A DNA stretch of 64,000 bases, taken from assembly GCA_951406725.2 (NCBI GenBank), contig OX597822.1, positions 113,522,001-113,586,000 on the forward strand, given 5' to 3'. This stretch comes from Octopus vulgaris. Taxonomy: Eukaryota. The position numbers were made by a program, and so were the translations under genes. The notes under the pieces are model-generated. The model made no database searches and was not told the origin of the DNA. It worked only from the letters and a program-made list of their open reading frames with translations. Below, piece after piece: positions 50,891 through 64,000 of the stretch (positions are counted from its first letter, which is position 1; each line of letters opens with the position of its first letter).

Positions 50891-51459
50891 TCTTTGTGTT
50901 CTGTTTTATTTGTAATGACCAATTATAATTAAGAAATTATGTAGAATGCAATCAGTAAAAGTTGGAGGAAATCTGCTTCGCATTAAACAATGTTGCTTCA
51001 TCGTCATTATTTATTGTTTTATCTCTAAAATTGACATTATGAGGGCGGATGGCGGGGGGGGAGGACGGAATATAGAGGAAAAAATATTTATGATAATGGG
51101 GGTCAACGGAAAAGTAAAGAGATTCATCTATATTTCAGAGATATGAACTAAGACGAACACTGACTGGATGTAATTACAAGAGATAACCGCAATTATGCTC
51201 ACTGCTCCGCCACCCCCGGTAACCGTGGTTTTAATAGTATGGATGGCCAATAACTCCTCACTTAGTTTACTGGCTTAAAACTCGTTGAAGACGTACGGAG
51301 CCACGTCAATTTCAAAGTCTGTTAAAGAACAGACTTTGATGGGAAGTTGTCAGTGAGCTAAATCTTGAAACGATTTCCAAGACATAAAATATAAGTAACT
51401 TCTATGGCTTTCAGTATTATATACATATATATATATATAATATATATATATATATATAA

Positions 51460-51492
<33 letters not shown>

Positions 51493-51519
51493 TTGTATGT
51501 ATGTATGTATGTATGTATG

Positions 51520-51562
<43 letters not shown>

Positions 51563-51585
51563 GCGTGTATGAATGTATGTAAATA

Positions 51586-51636
<51 letters not shown>

Positions 51637-51779
51637 ATGTATAAATATATATATGTATATATGCGCGCATTCTCTCTGATACACACTCAAGCACACGTGT
51701 ACACGCGTGCATGCGTATTCGACCGGAAGTAGGTGGCGTCATTGATTACAACAACAAGAATAATAATACAATAATAATC

Positions 51780-52125
51780 CTTTCAATTATAGGCATAAGG
51801 TCTGAAATTTGAGGGAGCGGCTAAGTCGATTACATCGACCCCAGTGTTCAACTGGTACTGATTTTATGAACCTCGGCAGAATTTAGACTGAGAAGGCAAA
51901 GAGGAATGAAATGCAGCTAAGCACTTCGCCCTCTATTCTAACATTTCTGCCAGCTTGTCTCCTAAAAAATAATAGTATCAATAAGGGTTTCAAATTTTAG
52001 CGCAAAATCAACAAGTTCGGGGGAAGGAACAAATCGATTCCATTAACCGCACTACTTATTGAACCCGAAAGGATCAATGGCTACGTCGGCCTCGGTGAAA
52101 TTTGAACTCAGAACGCACAGGAGAA
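51780..52125 (-). mobile_element. Old SINE family A copies
   Basis: Degenerate GTCGATTACATCGACCCCAGTG and TTTGAACTCAGAAC blocks. Confidence 0.6.
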
Positions 52126-52223
52126 CCAAATGCTATTAAGAGAGGTAACTGCTTTGATCATCAGTTCTCTTCTATTATAGCCTTGGGCCGACCAAAGATG
52201 TGGTAGACGGAAACTGAACGAAG

Positions 52224-52329
<106 letters not shown>

Positions 52330-52345
52330 ATAGATAAAAATATAT

Positions 52346-52499
52346 GAGTGGCTGTGTGGTATGTAGCTTGCTTACGAACCACATAGTTCCGGGTTCAGTC
52401 CCACTGCGTGACACCTTGAGCTAGTGCCTTCTACTATAGCCTCGGGCCAACCAAAGCCTTGTGAGTGGATTTGGTAGACGGAAACTGAAAGAAGCCCGT

Positions 52500-52568
<69 letters not shown>

Positions 52569-52778
52569 CTGTGTTTATCCCCCCAACATCGCTTGACAAC
52601 CGATGCTGGTGTGTTTACGTCCCCGTAACTTAGCAGTTCGGCAAAAGAGCCCGATAGAATAAGTACAAGGTTTACAAAGAATAAGTCCTGGGGTCGATTT
52701 GTTCGATTAAAGGCGGTGCTCCAGCTTGGCCACAGTCAAATGACTGAAGCAAGTAAAAGAGTAAAGTGTAAAAGAGTA
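52346..52778 (+). mobile_element. SINE family B full-length copy
   Basis: GAGTGGCTGTGTGGT head, GGTTCAGTCCC B-box-like motif, GTAAAAGAG tail. Confidence 0.87.
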
Positions 52779-52804
52779 TATGCATATATGCATACATATA
52801 TGTG

Positions 52805-52857
<53 letters not shown>

Positions 52858-53567
52858 GTACAGGACGTCACAAAACGTAAACAACATGAAATACGAAGGC
52901 AAACTTGGGTATGTGAACAACGAGAGAAGCAAATGGAAAACAAGACAAGTAACATAAAGAATGACCCTTCATCAGTTGTCGGTTGTTCGTCTATTCCACA
53001 TTTCGAGCAATTCACAACAATATGAAGTTTCGAAAAACAGTTGCTCCCGCGAACCAAAATAAAATTTGGGATTTGCAGAGGGTCACAGTTGGTAACAAAA
53101 ACAGGAGAGTGGAGACGTACAACAAACCAAACGAAAATAAATATGGAGGACCGTCAGGTCAGACGAGGTAAGTCAGCCAACACTGGAGGATTATTCTTTG
53201 AAAAGAGAAAAGATAGGAGAGGAGACAGATATGTGCGTCTTGTATGTGCGACAGACTGAAGGAAAAGAAATGTGATCACGCGAGGAAAAGAAAGACGGAT
53301 GATGGTCACGCGTGAGCACCGAGAGAAGGTAAAGGAGGAAGAGAGATAGAAAACGGTGAAGTGTAGAAAAAAGAATTAGAGAAAAGATGAGAGTAAAGTT
53401 GCAAAACTGTGACACACTAACACACCGGCAATCACATATATTATATTATTATATAACACATAGTCGCGTTAACAAAAGGATGTGGGTTCGAATCTCACAC
53501 GTACGGGAAAGCCTACTTTTTTCTGTCGAGGGCTTATATGCTTCATTATTAGACTATTTTCATTATT

Positions 53568-53842
<275 letters not shown>

Positions 53843-54250
53843 ATACTCTCTTTTACTCTTTTACTTGTTTCAGTCATTTGACTGCGGCCATGCTGGAGCA
53901 CCGCCTTTAGTCGAGCAAATCGACCCCGCGACTTATTCTTTGTAAGCCCAGTACTTATTCTATCGGTTTCTTTTGCCGAACCGCTAAGTGACGGGGACGT
54001 AAACACACCAGCATCGGAGGTCAAGAAATGCTAGAGGGACAAACACAGACACACAAACATATACATACACATACATATATATATATATACATATATACGA
54101 CAGGCTTCTTTCAGTTTCCGTCTACCAAATCCACTCACAAGGCATTGGTCGGCCCGGGGCTATAGCAGAAGACACTTGCCCAAGGTGCCACGCAGTGGGA
54201 CTGAACCCAGAACCATGTGGTTGGTAGGCAAGCTACTTACCACACGGCCA
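53843..54250 (-). mobile_element. SINE family B full-length copy
   Basis: Shares diagnostic variants with 5961-6360. Confidence 0.87.
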
Positions 54251-54285
54251 ATATATATATATATATACATATATATGTATGTATG

Positions 54286-54323
<38 letters not shown>

Positions 54324-54351
54324 CGTGCGTGCGCGTATGTGTGTATATATA

Positions 54352-54760
54352 CAGGCACAAGGCGTCACTGTACAGAAAGAAACCTCTCGACCATATGGTT
54401 CCGGGTTCAGTCCCACTGCGGGGTACCTTGGGCAAGCGTCTTCTACTGTAGCCTTATGATGACCAAATCCTTGTGAGTGGATCTGGTAGACAGAAACTGA
54501 AAGAAACTCGTCGTGTGTATGTATATATTAATGTGTGTGTCTCTGTGTCTGTATTTGTCTCCCCACCATCGCTTGACAACCGATGCTGGTGTGTTTACAT
54601 CTCCGTAATATAGTGGTTTGACAAAAAGAAACGATAGAATAAGTACTAGACTTACAAAGAATAAGTCTTGGGGGTCGATTTCTTCGACTAAAAGCCTTTG
54701 AGTCGCTGCTCCAGCAGGGTCGCAGTCAAATGACTGAAACAACTAAAAGAGTAAAAGAAT
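54352..54760 (+). mobile_element. SINE family B full-length, diverged copy
   Basis: Head-to-head with 53843-54250. Confidence 0.82.
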
Positions 54761-54816
54761 ATGTCAGCGCGCGTGTGTGTAGACATAGGAAATAAATACA
54801 TGGAAATATATGTGAT

Positions 54817-54960
<144 letters not shown>

Positions 54961-55101
54961 CACATATATATATATATATGTATGTATATATTTATGTGTG
55001 TATGTATGTATGTATGTATATATATATATGAGCGTCCAATAATACTATATTTGTTCCACGTCCTTGCGTTGTTGTGTTTTTTTGTGCTTTCTTGTTTGGA
55101 T

Positions 55102-55163
<62 letters not shown>

Positions 55164-55164
55164 T

Positions 55165-55213
<49 letters not shown>

Positions 55214-55809
55214 CGCACATACATGCGTGTGCGCGTGAGTTTGTGTGTGTGTGTGTGTGTTATTGCTAAATAGTGCAGATACTAAGTCACTATCTCGGCC
55301 TCTATCTTCTCATATATTTCCACGTATTTGTTTGTTTTGTGTGTTTGCATTTTGTCGTTTTATTTTTATTTTTCTATTCCTGTCAAAGCTTCTCCGTCAG
55401 TGCTTCCATCTCTCTTTCCCTCCCTCTCCTCTCCCTCTCCGTCTCTCTCAGTATATATGTGTGTCTTCTCTCTCTCTCTCTGTGTATATATATTTTTTTC
55501 TTTGTGTGCGTGAGATTTTTCTGTGTGTAATCATGTGATTTGTCTGTCTGTGTGTTTGTGGAATTTCTGTTTGTGAGTGTGTGCATGTGTGAATGTATGT
55601 GTGTGTAAGCGGGATTTCTGTATGCGGGATCTCAGTATGTGTTCGTGTATGCGGATCTTTTCTCTCCCCCGCTCTCTCACCTCTTCTCACTCACCATCTC
55701 TCTCACCCTCTCTCTCCCCTCCCTTTGTATGCGTGATTTCTGTGTATGTGTGTATGTAACTGATTTCTTTGTGTGTATCTGATTTTAATGTGTGTGTGTG
55801 ATTTCTCTC

Positions 55810-55874
<65 letters not shown>

Positions 55875-57100
55875 CATCTTTTGGTGTGTGGATATAGGTG
55901 AGTGTAATTTCTGTATGTGTCTATGTGTGCACGTGTGTTAGTGTGTGTGTGTGTGTGCGAGTGTGTGCGTGTGTGTGTGTGCGTGTGTGCGTACGTGTGT
56001 GTGTGTGTTACGTGTGAAAAACGATAATCCACCCGATACCCACCCCTTCCACCGTTTGTTCAGTCTTTATATTTCTGTCATTTACTATTTTACTATCTCT
56101 GCTAATTCACCAATGAAACTGTATTATTATTTCATGGATTATACTGACATACAAACGCGCATACAGACATACTATATGTGTTTGTATACATGCATATATG
56201 TGTGTGTGCGTGTATAGATATCCACACACACACACACACACATGTATATATATATTTGTATACATCCTATATATACTATATGCACACTTAATATCAGGCT
56301 AAAAGATAATGACAAATAAATTTAGTTGAAATCGTTGAATGATAACTTCTAGTGATAAAAGTCAGTTTGTTTTCGTAGAAGTAAAGCAAGCTATTAAATT
56401 ACCCACCATTTAAGTATATCTTAACTTTTCTAATGGAGTAATTTAAGTGAATAAAAAACATTGATAGAAGCAGATTGCAACAAGCGATGAATATTATGTT
56501 ATTAATGTTATCCAATCGAGAAAAGAATTGCTGGGTGTTCTTGAGAGAAACGTGGATTTTTATCAGAGAGTGCTTAGAAGTTAAACTGCGTTATATGTAC
56601 AAACATATCCCATTTGATAAGATAAGATAAAAGCAGGAACTCGCAGCGTTCCTACATTTACTAGCTGCCAGCCTAGTTTGCTTGTATAAAGCGATATGCG
56701 TGTATCATCGTTGGGTTTGTGTTATCAGAGGCTAGCGCTGTGGCAGCGCTAATGACTGGAGCAGGTGAACGAAGCTATAAAAACTGCCATGAGTAAATAA
56801 TGAAACTCCCACCGGCTGACTTGAAATCTCGGAGAAATAAATTCTGGAGATGCAGTCAGAATATTTAATAGGTTTTATTTAAGGAATTATTTTCCTGCAC
56901 ACAGCTCGATGGAATTACTGTCATCATGTAACATCATTAATTAAAAACTTTTAATAAAGACAAGTTGGAATACAGTAAAAATTCAAATTATTGACTCGTC
57001 TTTTTCTTCTTCAAGTTCAACTTGAAGTACGACCGGTATTTGGTGATTCTTCTAAATTATTTCAATGGCAAATTAACAATTGAGAACAAATTCCACGAAC

Positions 57101-57722
<622 letters not shown>

Positions 57723-57865
57723 TGTGGATGAACGCAGTGATAGATGACAGGTGAGCAGACTGACAAGCAGGTGTATCATTTATTCAAGCGATCAATCTAT
57801 TGATCAATCGACTGATATATACGATAGGTATGTAGGTGTGTTGGTAGGTAAAGATAGATAGCGAA

Positions 57866-58250
57866 GAGTAATGGCACTCCGTCGGTTACGACGACGAGGC
57901 TTCCAGTTGATTCGATCAACGGAACAGCCTGCTTGTGAAATTAACGTGCAAGTGGCTGAGCACTCCACAGACACGTGTATCCTTAACGTAGTCCTCGGTG
58001 AGATTCAGCGTGACAGAGTGTGACAAAGCTGGCCCTTTGAAATACAGGTACAGCAAAAACATGAAGAATGAATGAGAGAAAGTTGTGGCGAAAGAGTACA
58101 GCAGGGTTCGCCACCACCCCCTGCCGGAGCCTCGTGGAGCTTTAAGTGTTTTCGCTCAGTAAACACTAACAACGCCCTGTCTGGGAATCGAAACCGCGAT
58201 CCTACGACCGCGAGTCCTCTGCCCTAACCACTGGGCCTTTGTGCCTCCAC
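57866..58250 (-). mobile_element. SINE family C, tail type 2
   Basis: Reverse-complement homolog of 61054-61431. 9-bp TSD GATAGCGAA at 57857-57865 and 58251-58259. Confidence 0.85.
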
Positions 58251-58494
58251 GATAGCGAAATGTATAAAATAACTGAATCTAAGGAATAGTTTAAAAGGAA
58301 AAGTTCCCACAAAGTCATATTTGATTTGTAGTGGTAAGCGACCATCAGAGTTAATGCTCATAGTGACTAACGATTTATGACTCAACACAGAAATGTCCAC
58401 CAAACTGATAATAATTCTTGTGGTGCACGCAGAATAGCGAAAATCCAGACACTAATGTATCCATTCATTTTCAGATATCTCAGAATCGAACGTA

Positions 58495-58778
58495 AATATC
58501 TTATCGTTGTTATTTTTCATCTGCGGAGGACGTCTCTCTTTAGACGATGACAGACATTAACAGGCATCGGCAAATAGGGTTTTTGGTGAATTCTTGAAAC
58601 AAAGGTTTGCACGTTAGTTAGATTCTTTGATCCAAAGTGGTTTTGACAGAGGAAATACACAATAACATAGCAGCACCACAGTGTCTCAATTCCTTTCACA
58701 CCGATGACTCGCGTGTGGTGTGATCACATCGTCTAAAAGGAGATGCTCTCGAATGAAGAAAAGTAACGACCAAATATT
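58495..58778. mobile_element. MITE-like element with ~55-bp imperfect terminal inverted repeats
   Basis: ...TTCATC...TCTC(T)CTTTAGACGATG at the left end versus CATCGTCTAAAAGGAGA...GAATGAAGAAAAGTAACGA..AATATT at the right end. Confidence 0.5.
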
Positions 58779-58949
58779 CACCTCAGCATCTTCCCGAACA
58801 TACTAAGAATGAATAGATTGCGCGGAGTAATGTCCATCCTATGATAATGCTTGTGGCAAGGAATGCATGACCCACTAATATTACGCTCGAATGAAAACAA
58901 TGTTTGAGGAGAGCATATAACCAATGTTTAGAACTCAATGCGTTCAGGA

Positions 58950-60130
58950 GTTTCGTTCGCGAAGAGAGATCGAGTTATTATTCTAAACATCTTGTAGATT
59001 CATATCGACATTTTGAACACAAAATAACTACAGGAATCAAGAACGGAGATAAACGTATAATCAAGTTTTCTGGATAAAAATAATATGTTCTCAGAGGTCG
59101 GTGCATACAAAAATCCATGAATCCATATAGTATTTGTTCTTCAGTTCTCATAGCACTTTGGTGCTACTGGCTTGGATGTTTGGTAAAATCCACACCATTG
59201 CTATTAAAACCTGGAAAGTACTAATTCCGTCCACCAAAGATGTTTACAGCAACAGTGATTAAACCGTCTCTGCCAAAAACGAGAACAATTTGACTCAAAC
59301 AATCTTCGGGTATCGCATGATATCCATTCTCGGCATCTGCTAAGCATCGATGGAACAGGTCTATAGAAAAGCTTAGAAAGAAGTCTTTGCCTATTGATTA
59401 GAGACATACACCCAGGGACGATGAACAGCTCTAATGCAATAGGACATCTGGTGAAATATTTTTCTGCTTAGCAACAGAAAACATTTCATCTTCAGAGTAA
59501 CACAAGCAAGACAGCCTAACAAGACAGCCTAACTAGATTGTCCTGGACGAACAATAATTACTTTAGCTTTCAATTTGAAAAGTGAGTTTTTGGCAATCTT
59601 TTAGCAACAAATTATCTAATGCGTAACAATGAAAACAATGATGGAGATACAGGTAAAGCACCAAAGTAAAGGTAAAAATAACTAAGTCTTTATGGAATTT
59701 ACAATGAAGATATCACCCACACCACAAGAAGTTGTCCAAAAATATCATCGTTGTTCTTTGATGTAGTGGCCAAAAGACAAAAGGCTGTCTGTAAAAAAGA
59801 GTCGTGATGTTCAAAAGAGAAGAAGCAACAATGATATAAAGGACGAACACATCCTCAATATGAAAAATATTGGTGGAATATTCCTGTAAAAAACCTAATA
59901 AGATTTATGCACCAAAGACCAAGACTTGTTACAAAAATAAAAGGAAAGAAACATATCTAATCAAATTAATGAACGATCCACAAACTAATTATAACTTCAG
60001 AATTACATCTGTTGTTATTCGGGCATTAGGGTATATCTTGAGAAACTAGCCTCACAAAACCAGAAAGAACACGGCTAATTAAGAAACGGCAATTACAAAT
60101 CATATATTTCAATGGAAGTCCATTGTTTTT
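58950..60130 (+). mobile_element. Very decayed R4/Dong-like RLE non-LTR retrotransposon
   Basis: Scattered motifs in the expected order: VL..FG.L.W...IKTWKVL...NSD..RL, then EDITHTTRSCPKI..DVVAK, YWWNIPVK and VVIRALGYI. Confidence 0.45.
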
Positions 60131-60197
60131 AAGTTCGAAATAGGATCTTTAATTACTAGTACAAAAAATATTAACAAAACCAGATATACATAAGTAT

Positions 60198-60239
<42 letters not shown>

Positions 60240-60494
60240 GGAACTCTTCTTTGCACTACATAACGAAGACATGATACGATGTAGGTAAAGAAATTTGAGA
60301 AATTTTGGAAAAAGAATACGAAACCGGCTATTTCTCCAAAAACTATGTTACTATACGCAAAATATTATAACATTTTTCTAACATAACGACTTAAATATAT
60401 TCTTTAACCTTATAAAACAAGCCTTCTGTAGATTTTTCACTCTTTTCTATTTTTTATACATCCAGCCACGCGCTTTCACACACCAACTTTCTCA

Positions 60495-60538
<44 letters not shown>

Positions 60539-61053
60539 AATGCATAAATACATACCTAAACACATGCATATATGTTAATCATCGTCAGAAATTTCTATAT
60601 CAACAACTGGCTATCTAAACGAAGGCAAAAGCGTAGAGGCTCCGCATCGATTCAAACAGCCTTTGAATGTCGCATCATATCTTTCGATAACATTAATCAA
60701 TCAAGTGTTAAAGTGCATCATCATCAATAGATCAATTCATCATACAAGAGACAGATAACTAGAGGAAAGTTTGGAATGAGTATGGGTGAAATTGCTCAGC
60801 TCTACCGCAGTAGATCATCAGATGAAAAGCTGTGTGCTAATCAGCAGAAGGTCATGTATGGCTACTTAGAAAGGTGTTTTCATAATCTGAGAACAAAAAT
60901 TAACGAAACACCTAACGCAAAAAAAAAGCAAAAATGCAGATAAAACACTTGCAAACTCTGTAGAGTGATTACGAAGATATCATCCACATCTACAGCTGCC
61001 TGAAAATGTCATTACGTATTTACCCGTGTGGAAGATGCCGTAGTCAAAACATG

Positions 61054-61431
61054 TGGAGGCGCAGTGGTTAGGGCAGCGGACTCGCGGTCGTAGGATCGCG
61101 GTTTCGATTCCCAGACCGGGCGTTGCGAGTGTTTATTGAGCGAAAACACCTAAAGCTCCACGAGGCTCCGGCAGGGGATGGTGGTGATCTCTGCTGTACT
61201 CTTTCGCCACAACTTTCTCTCACTCTTACTTCCTGTTTCTGTTGTACCTGTATTTCAAAGGGCCGGCCTTGTCACTCTCTGTGTCATGCTGAATATCCCC
61301 GAGAACTACGTTAAGGGTGCACGTGTCTGTGGAGTGCTCAGCCACTTACACGTTAATTTCACGAGCAGGCTGTTCCGTTGATCGGTTCAACCGGAACCCT
61401 CGTCGTCGTAACCGACGGAGTGCTTCCATCC
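61054..61431 (+). mobile_element. SINE family C, tail type 2
   Basis: tRNA-like head with GTTTCGATTCCC. 12-bp TSD AGTCAAAACATG at 61042-61053 and 61432-61443. Confidence 0.88.
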
Positions 61432-61824
61432 AGTCAAAACATGCAATGCAATCCACCGAAAGGATTTTCACAAAGATAAAATATAAGCTACAATGATGAG
61501 GAAACGATAATCAAACGTAGTATGAAAGAATATTGGCGTAATGTTCCAGTAGAAGCTTCGGTAAAGTGATTTCAATAACAGACCAGATATAATGATGGGG
61601 AACCGAGACGAAAAAGTGTATACAGTATAAAACCAATTGTTCAAGAGACTTTAATACCATTTTAAAGATAAGTGGGACAAAATACCTTTGCAGATACACT
61701 TCCCAGGTCAAGTTTAAGGTTTCACCAGTAATTGCTGAGGCATTTATTTAGTTAACTACTTTGGCACTAGCCCTGAGAAGCTGGACTTCACAAAGTCAGA
61801 AAAAATACAGTAAATTAGGCAAGT

Positions 61825-62084
61825 ATAAACAATATGAGAGATCACTATATGGATCCCTTGTATGCTAAAAATAGACGTCAAAGTGTCTTACCCCACTAAA
61901 TCTGTGTCCTCAACTTAGTAACACGCTAGATGTTTAAAAGCTAGACAAATGAAAAGAAATAAACATAGCTCGTAAACATCTAGCGTGTTACTAAGTTGAG
62001 AACAGAGGTTTAGTGGGGTAAGACGGTTTGACGTCTATTTTTAGCAAACAAGGGATCCATATAGTAATCTTTCATATGGTTTAT
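61825..62084. repeat. Long inverted repeat (arms ~112 bp, spacer 36 bp)
   Basis: 61825-61936 versus 61973-62084 (e.g. CTCAACTTAGTAACACGCTAGATGTTTA / TAAACATCTAGCGTGTTACTAAGTTGAG). Confidence 0.92.
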
Positions 62085-62281
62085 GTTTAAATAAAATTCA
62101 CGGTCTTCGGACGTTTTTAAATATGCTGCCAGTAGTTGAAATTGATATTATTTAATAATGTTATTTAATAATATCAATTTCTATTTTCATTATTTAGGCA
62201 GGTATAGTTATAAGCCAATAATGCGACTCTTAAGATATGTAAAATTTGTAAAATATTCCTGAAGTTTAGAAGGTAACGGGT

Positions 62282-62327
<46 letters not shown>

Positions 62328-63345
62328 CCTACGAGTAATAATACAAACATATGTATATGCATACAAATCATACATAAGTCAATATATACACATCTGCATA
62401 TGTAATGATATCCATGTTTTGCATTCATACATTTGGTTGTAGACGGAAACTTAAATACATAGACCTATATTTGAGGGTTAAATTCTAATGAAAAAGGTGT
62501 TAGATGCTGCTCTTTCTGTATCTTTGATAATTTGAAAAATATATCCAGAATATGTATGTAGCAATGCATACATATTCATAGAGCAAGTGTCTATATATTA
62601 TTAATATAATGCTTCAAATTGTGGGGGAGTGGAGTACAGTTCATTAAATCGGCCCCAGTACTTCCCTGGGGCTTGGAAACTTATATCTTTACATCCTGCA
62701 TCCCATTCTCTTTCAATAAGATGATTAATCTAACATTAGTCTGATATCGAATGTCACTACTTCCTTCAGACAAAATCATTTTGCTTCACCCAAACTAATC
62801 AATTTTACTTGATAGCTCCAACAGACCTTACAAGATTTTTGAATTCATGATGTCTTACATAGATGAATGATATTGTGAGATGGCGGTACTTTCTCAGCAG
62901 CATTAGTAATGCAAGTGAAACAAAGTCTTGAATTACAGCTTCCAGGGAATCCTTCTCAATCATTCAAGTAAAACACGAAGAAGTAAGGAAATAGTTGAAC
63001 CGGTGCAAAATGTCTGAACAGTATTTACTGCTTCGTGTAAACTCACAAAACAACAACTGTAACCTACAGCAAATTTGTTTAATCGGATTTAGTTGGCGGT
63101 AACGGCAAAGTGGAGTTCCATTGACAGCATTTAGGAAGACCGCAATTTTGTCAGGGTTGCACTACCAATAATAAAGGCTTCTAACCTGGACCTTTAGAGG
63201 TTTGAGAGATCAATTTCTACTACTTTCTACGACTTTTAATGACGCCGAGATTTGAACTTAGAATATCAAAACAACTAATTACCGCAAAGTATATTGTCTA
63301 CCTACTCCGCCATTCATTACCTCTGCAGTTTCTAGCATTAATAAA

Positions 63346-63434
<89 letters not shown>

Positions 63435-63538
63435 GCACCCTAGGCATAACACCAACATGAACGTCCAACTTGTTGCCTCTTGAGGTCTCTGGGTGAGACT
63501 TGGAGCCAACTTGTACAAATGTAAAGCAAAAGTTAAAC

Positions 63539-63594
<56 letters not shown>

Positions 63595-63597
<3 letters not shown>

Positions 63598-63790
63598 GTT
63601 TCAGCAAGTTCAGGTGAGGGGTAAGTCGATTACATCGTCCCCAGTGCTCAGCTGGTACTTATTTTATCGACCCGAAATGATGAAAAGCAAAGTCGACTTC
63701 GATCGAATTTGAACTCAAGGCGTAAAGATACAAGAAACGCCGCTAAGCATTTTGTCCGGCGTGCTTACGATTCTGCAAGTTTGCCACCCT
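63595..63790 (-). mobile_element. SINE family A, diverged copy next to (TAA)n
   Basis: CCCCAGTG...GGTACTTATTTTATCGACCC...TTTGAACTC...GCTAAGCATTT blocks. Confidence 0.7.
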
Positions 63791-64000
63791 AATAATAGTA
63801 ATATAGAAGAGTACAAATTGTAAAAATACAACTTTTGCATTATGCTAATGTTATTCAACTTTTGTTCTTTGCTTTCGGTAGTTAAATGCTACCAGGAAAA
63901 TATCTGACATTTCATAAGCAACCGCACCAGTTGTTAGAAAAGAGCTTCAGTTAAATCGTTTCTTCTTGTCATCTCTAAAACACAAAACTTATATGACGTT

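Noticed and set aside
56733-56751. 8-bp GC hairpin TAGCGCTG/CAGCGCTA in unique sequence
   Set aside because: Short enough to arise by chance; no supporting context.
61054-61120. SINE heads (also 20835, 53480) as tRNA genes
   Set aside because: No complete cloverleaf; where the element is traceable, the head runs into a SINE body bounded by TSDs.

Overview
AT-rich, microsatellite-dense eukaryotic DNA. The SINE families and repeat make-up strongly suggest an octopus (coleoid cephalopod) intronic or intergenic region; that assignment is an inference. I can support no intact host gene, and nearly all ORF-track entries are microsatellite or SINE artefacts. Main contents: (1) An intronless Ran GTPase retrocopy (10593-11822), split by the 5'-truncated 3' end of a Hero-like non-LTR retrotransposon encoding a restriction-like endonuclease (RLE). 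The Ran and RLE coding sequences are fused in frame and separated only by a one-base shift in a 13-G run. A second copy of that element (22897-23165) reveals a nested, structured 3'UTR. (2) Several distinct minimal type I hammerhead-ribozyme motifs in repeats next to (TA)n tracts, plus a Penelope-like RT fragment. (3) Three tRNA-derived SINE families. One forms head-plus-185-nt multimers with a recurring palindromic junction. (4) A full-length decayed Tc1, mariner remnants, and RTE, CR1, L2-like, R4-like, Helitron-like and possible Gypsy fragments. (5) Three fold-back palindromes.
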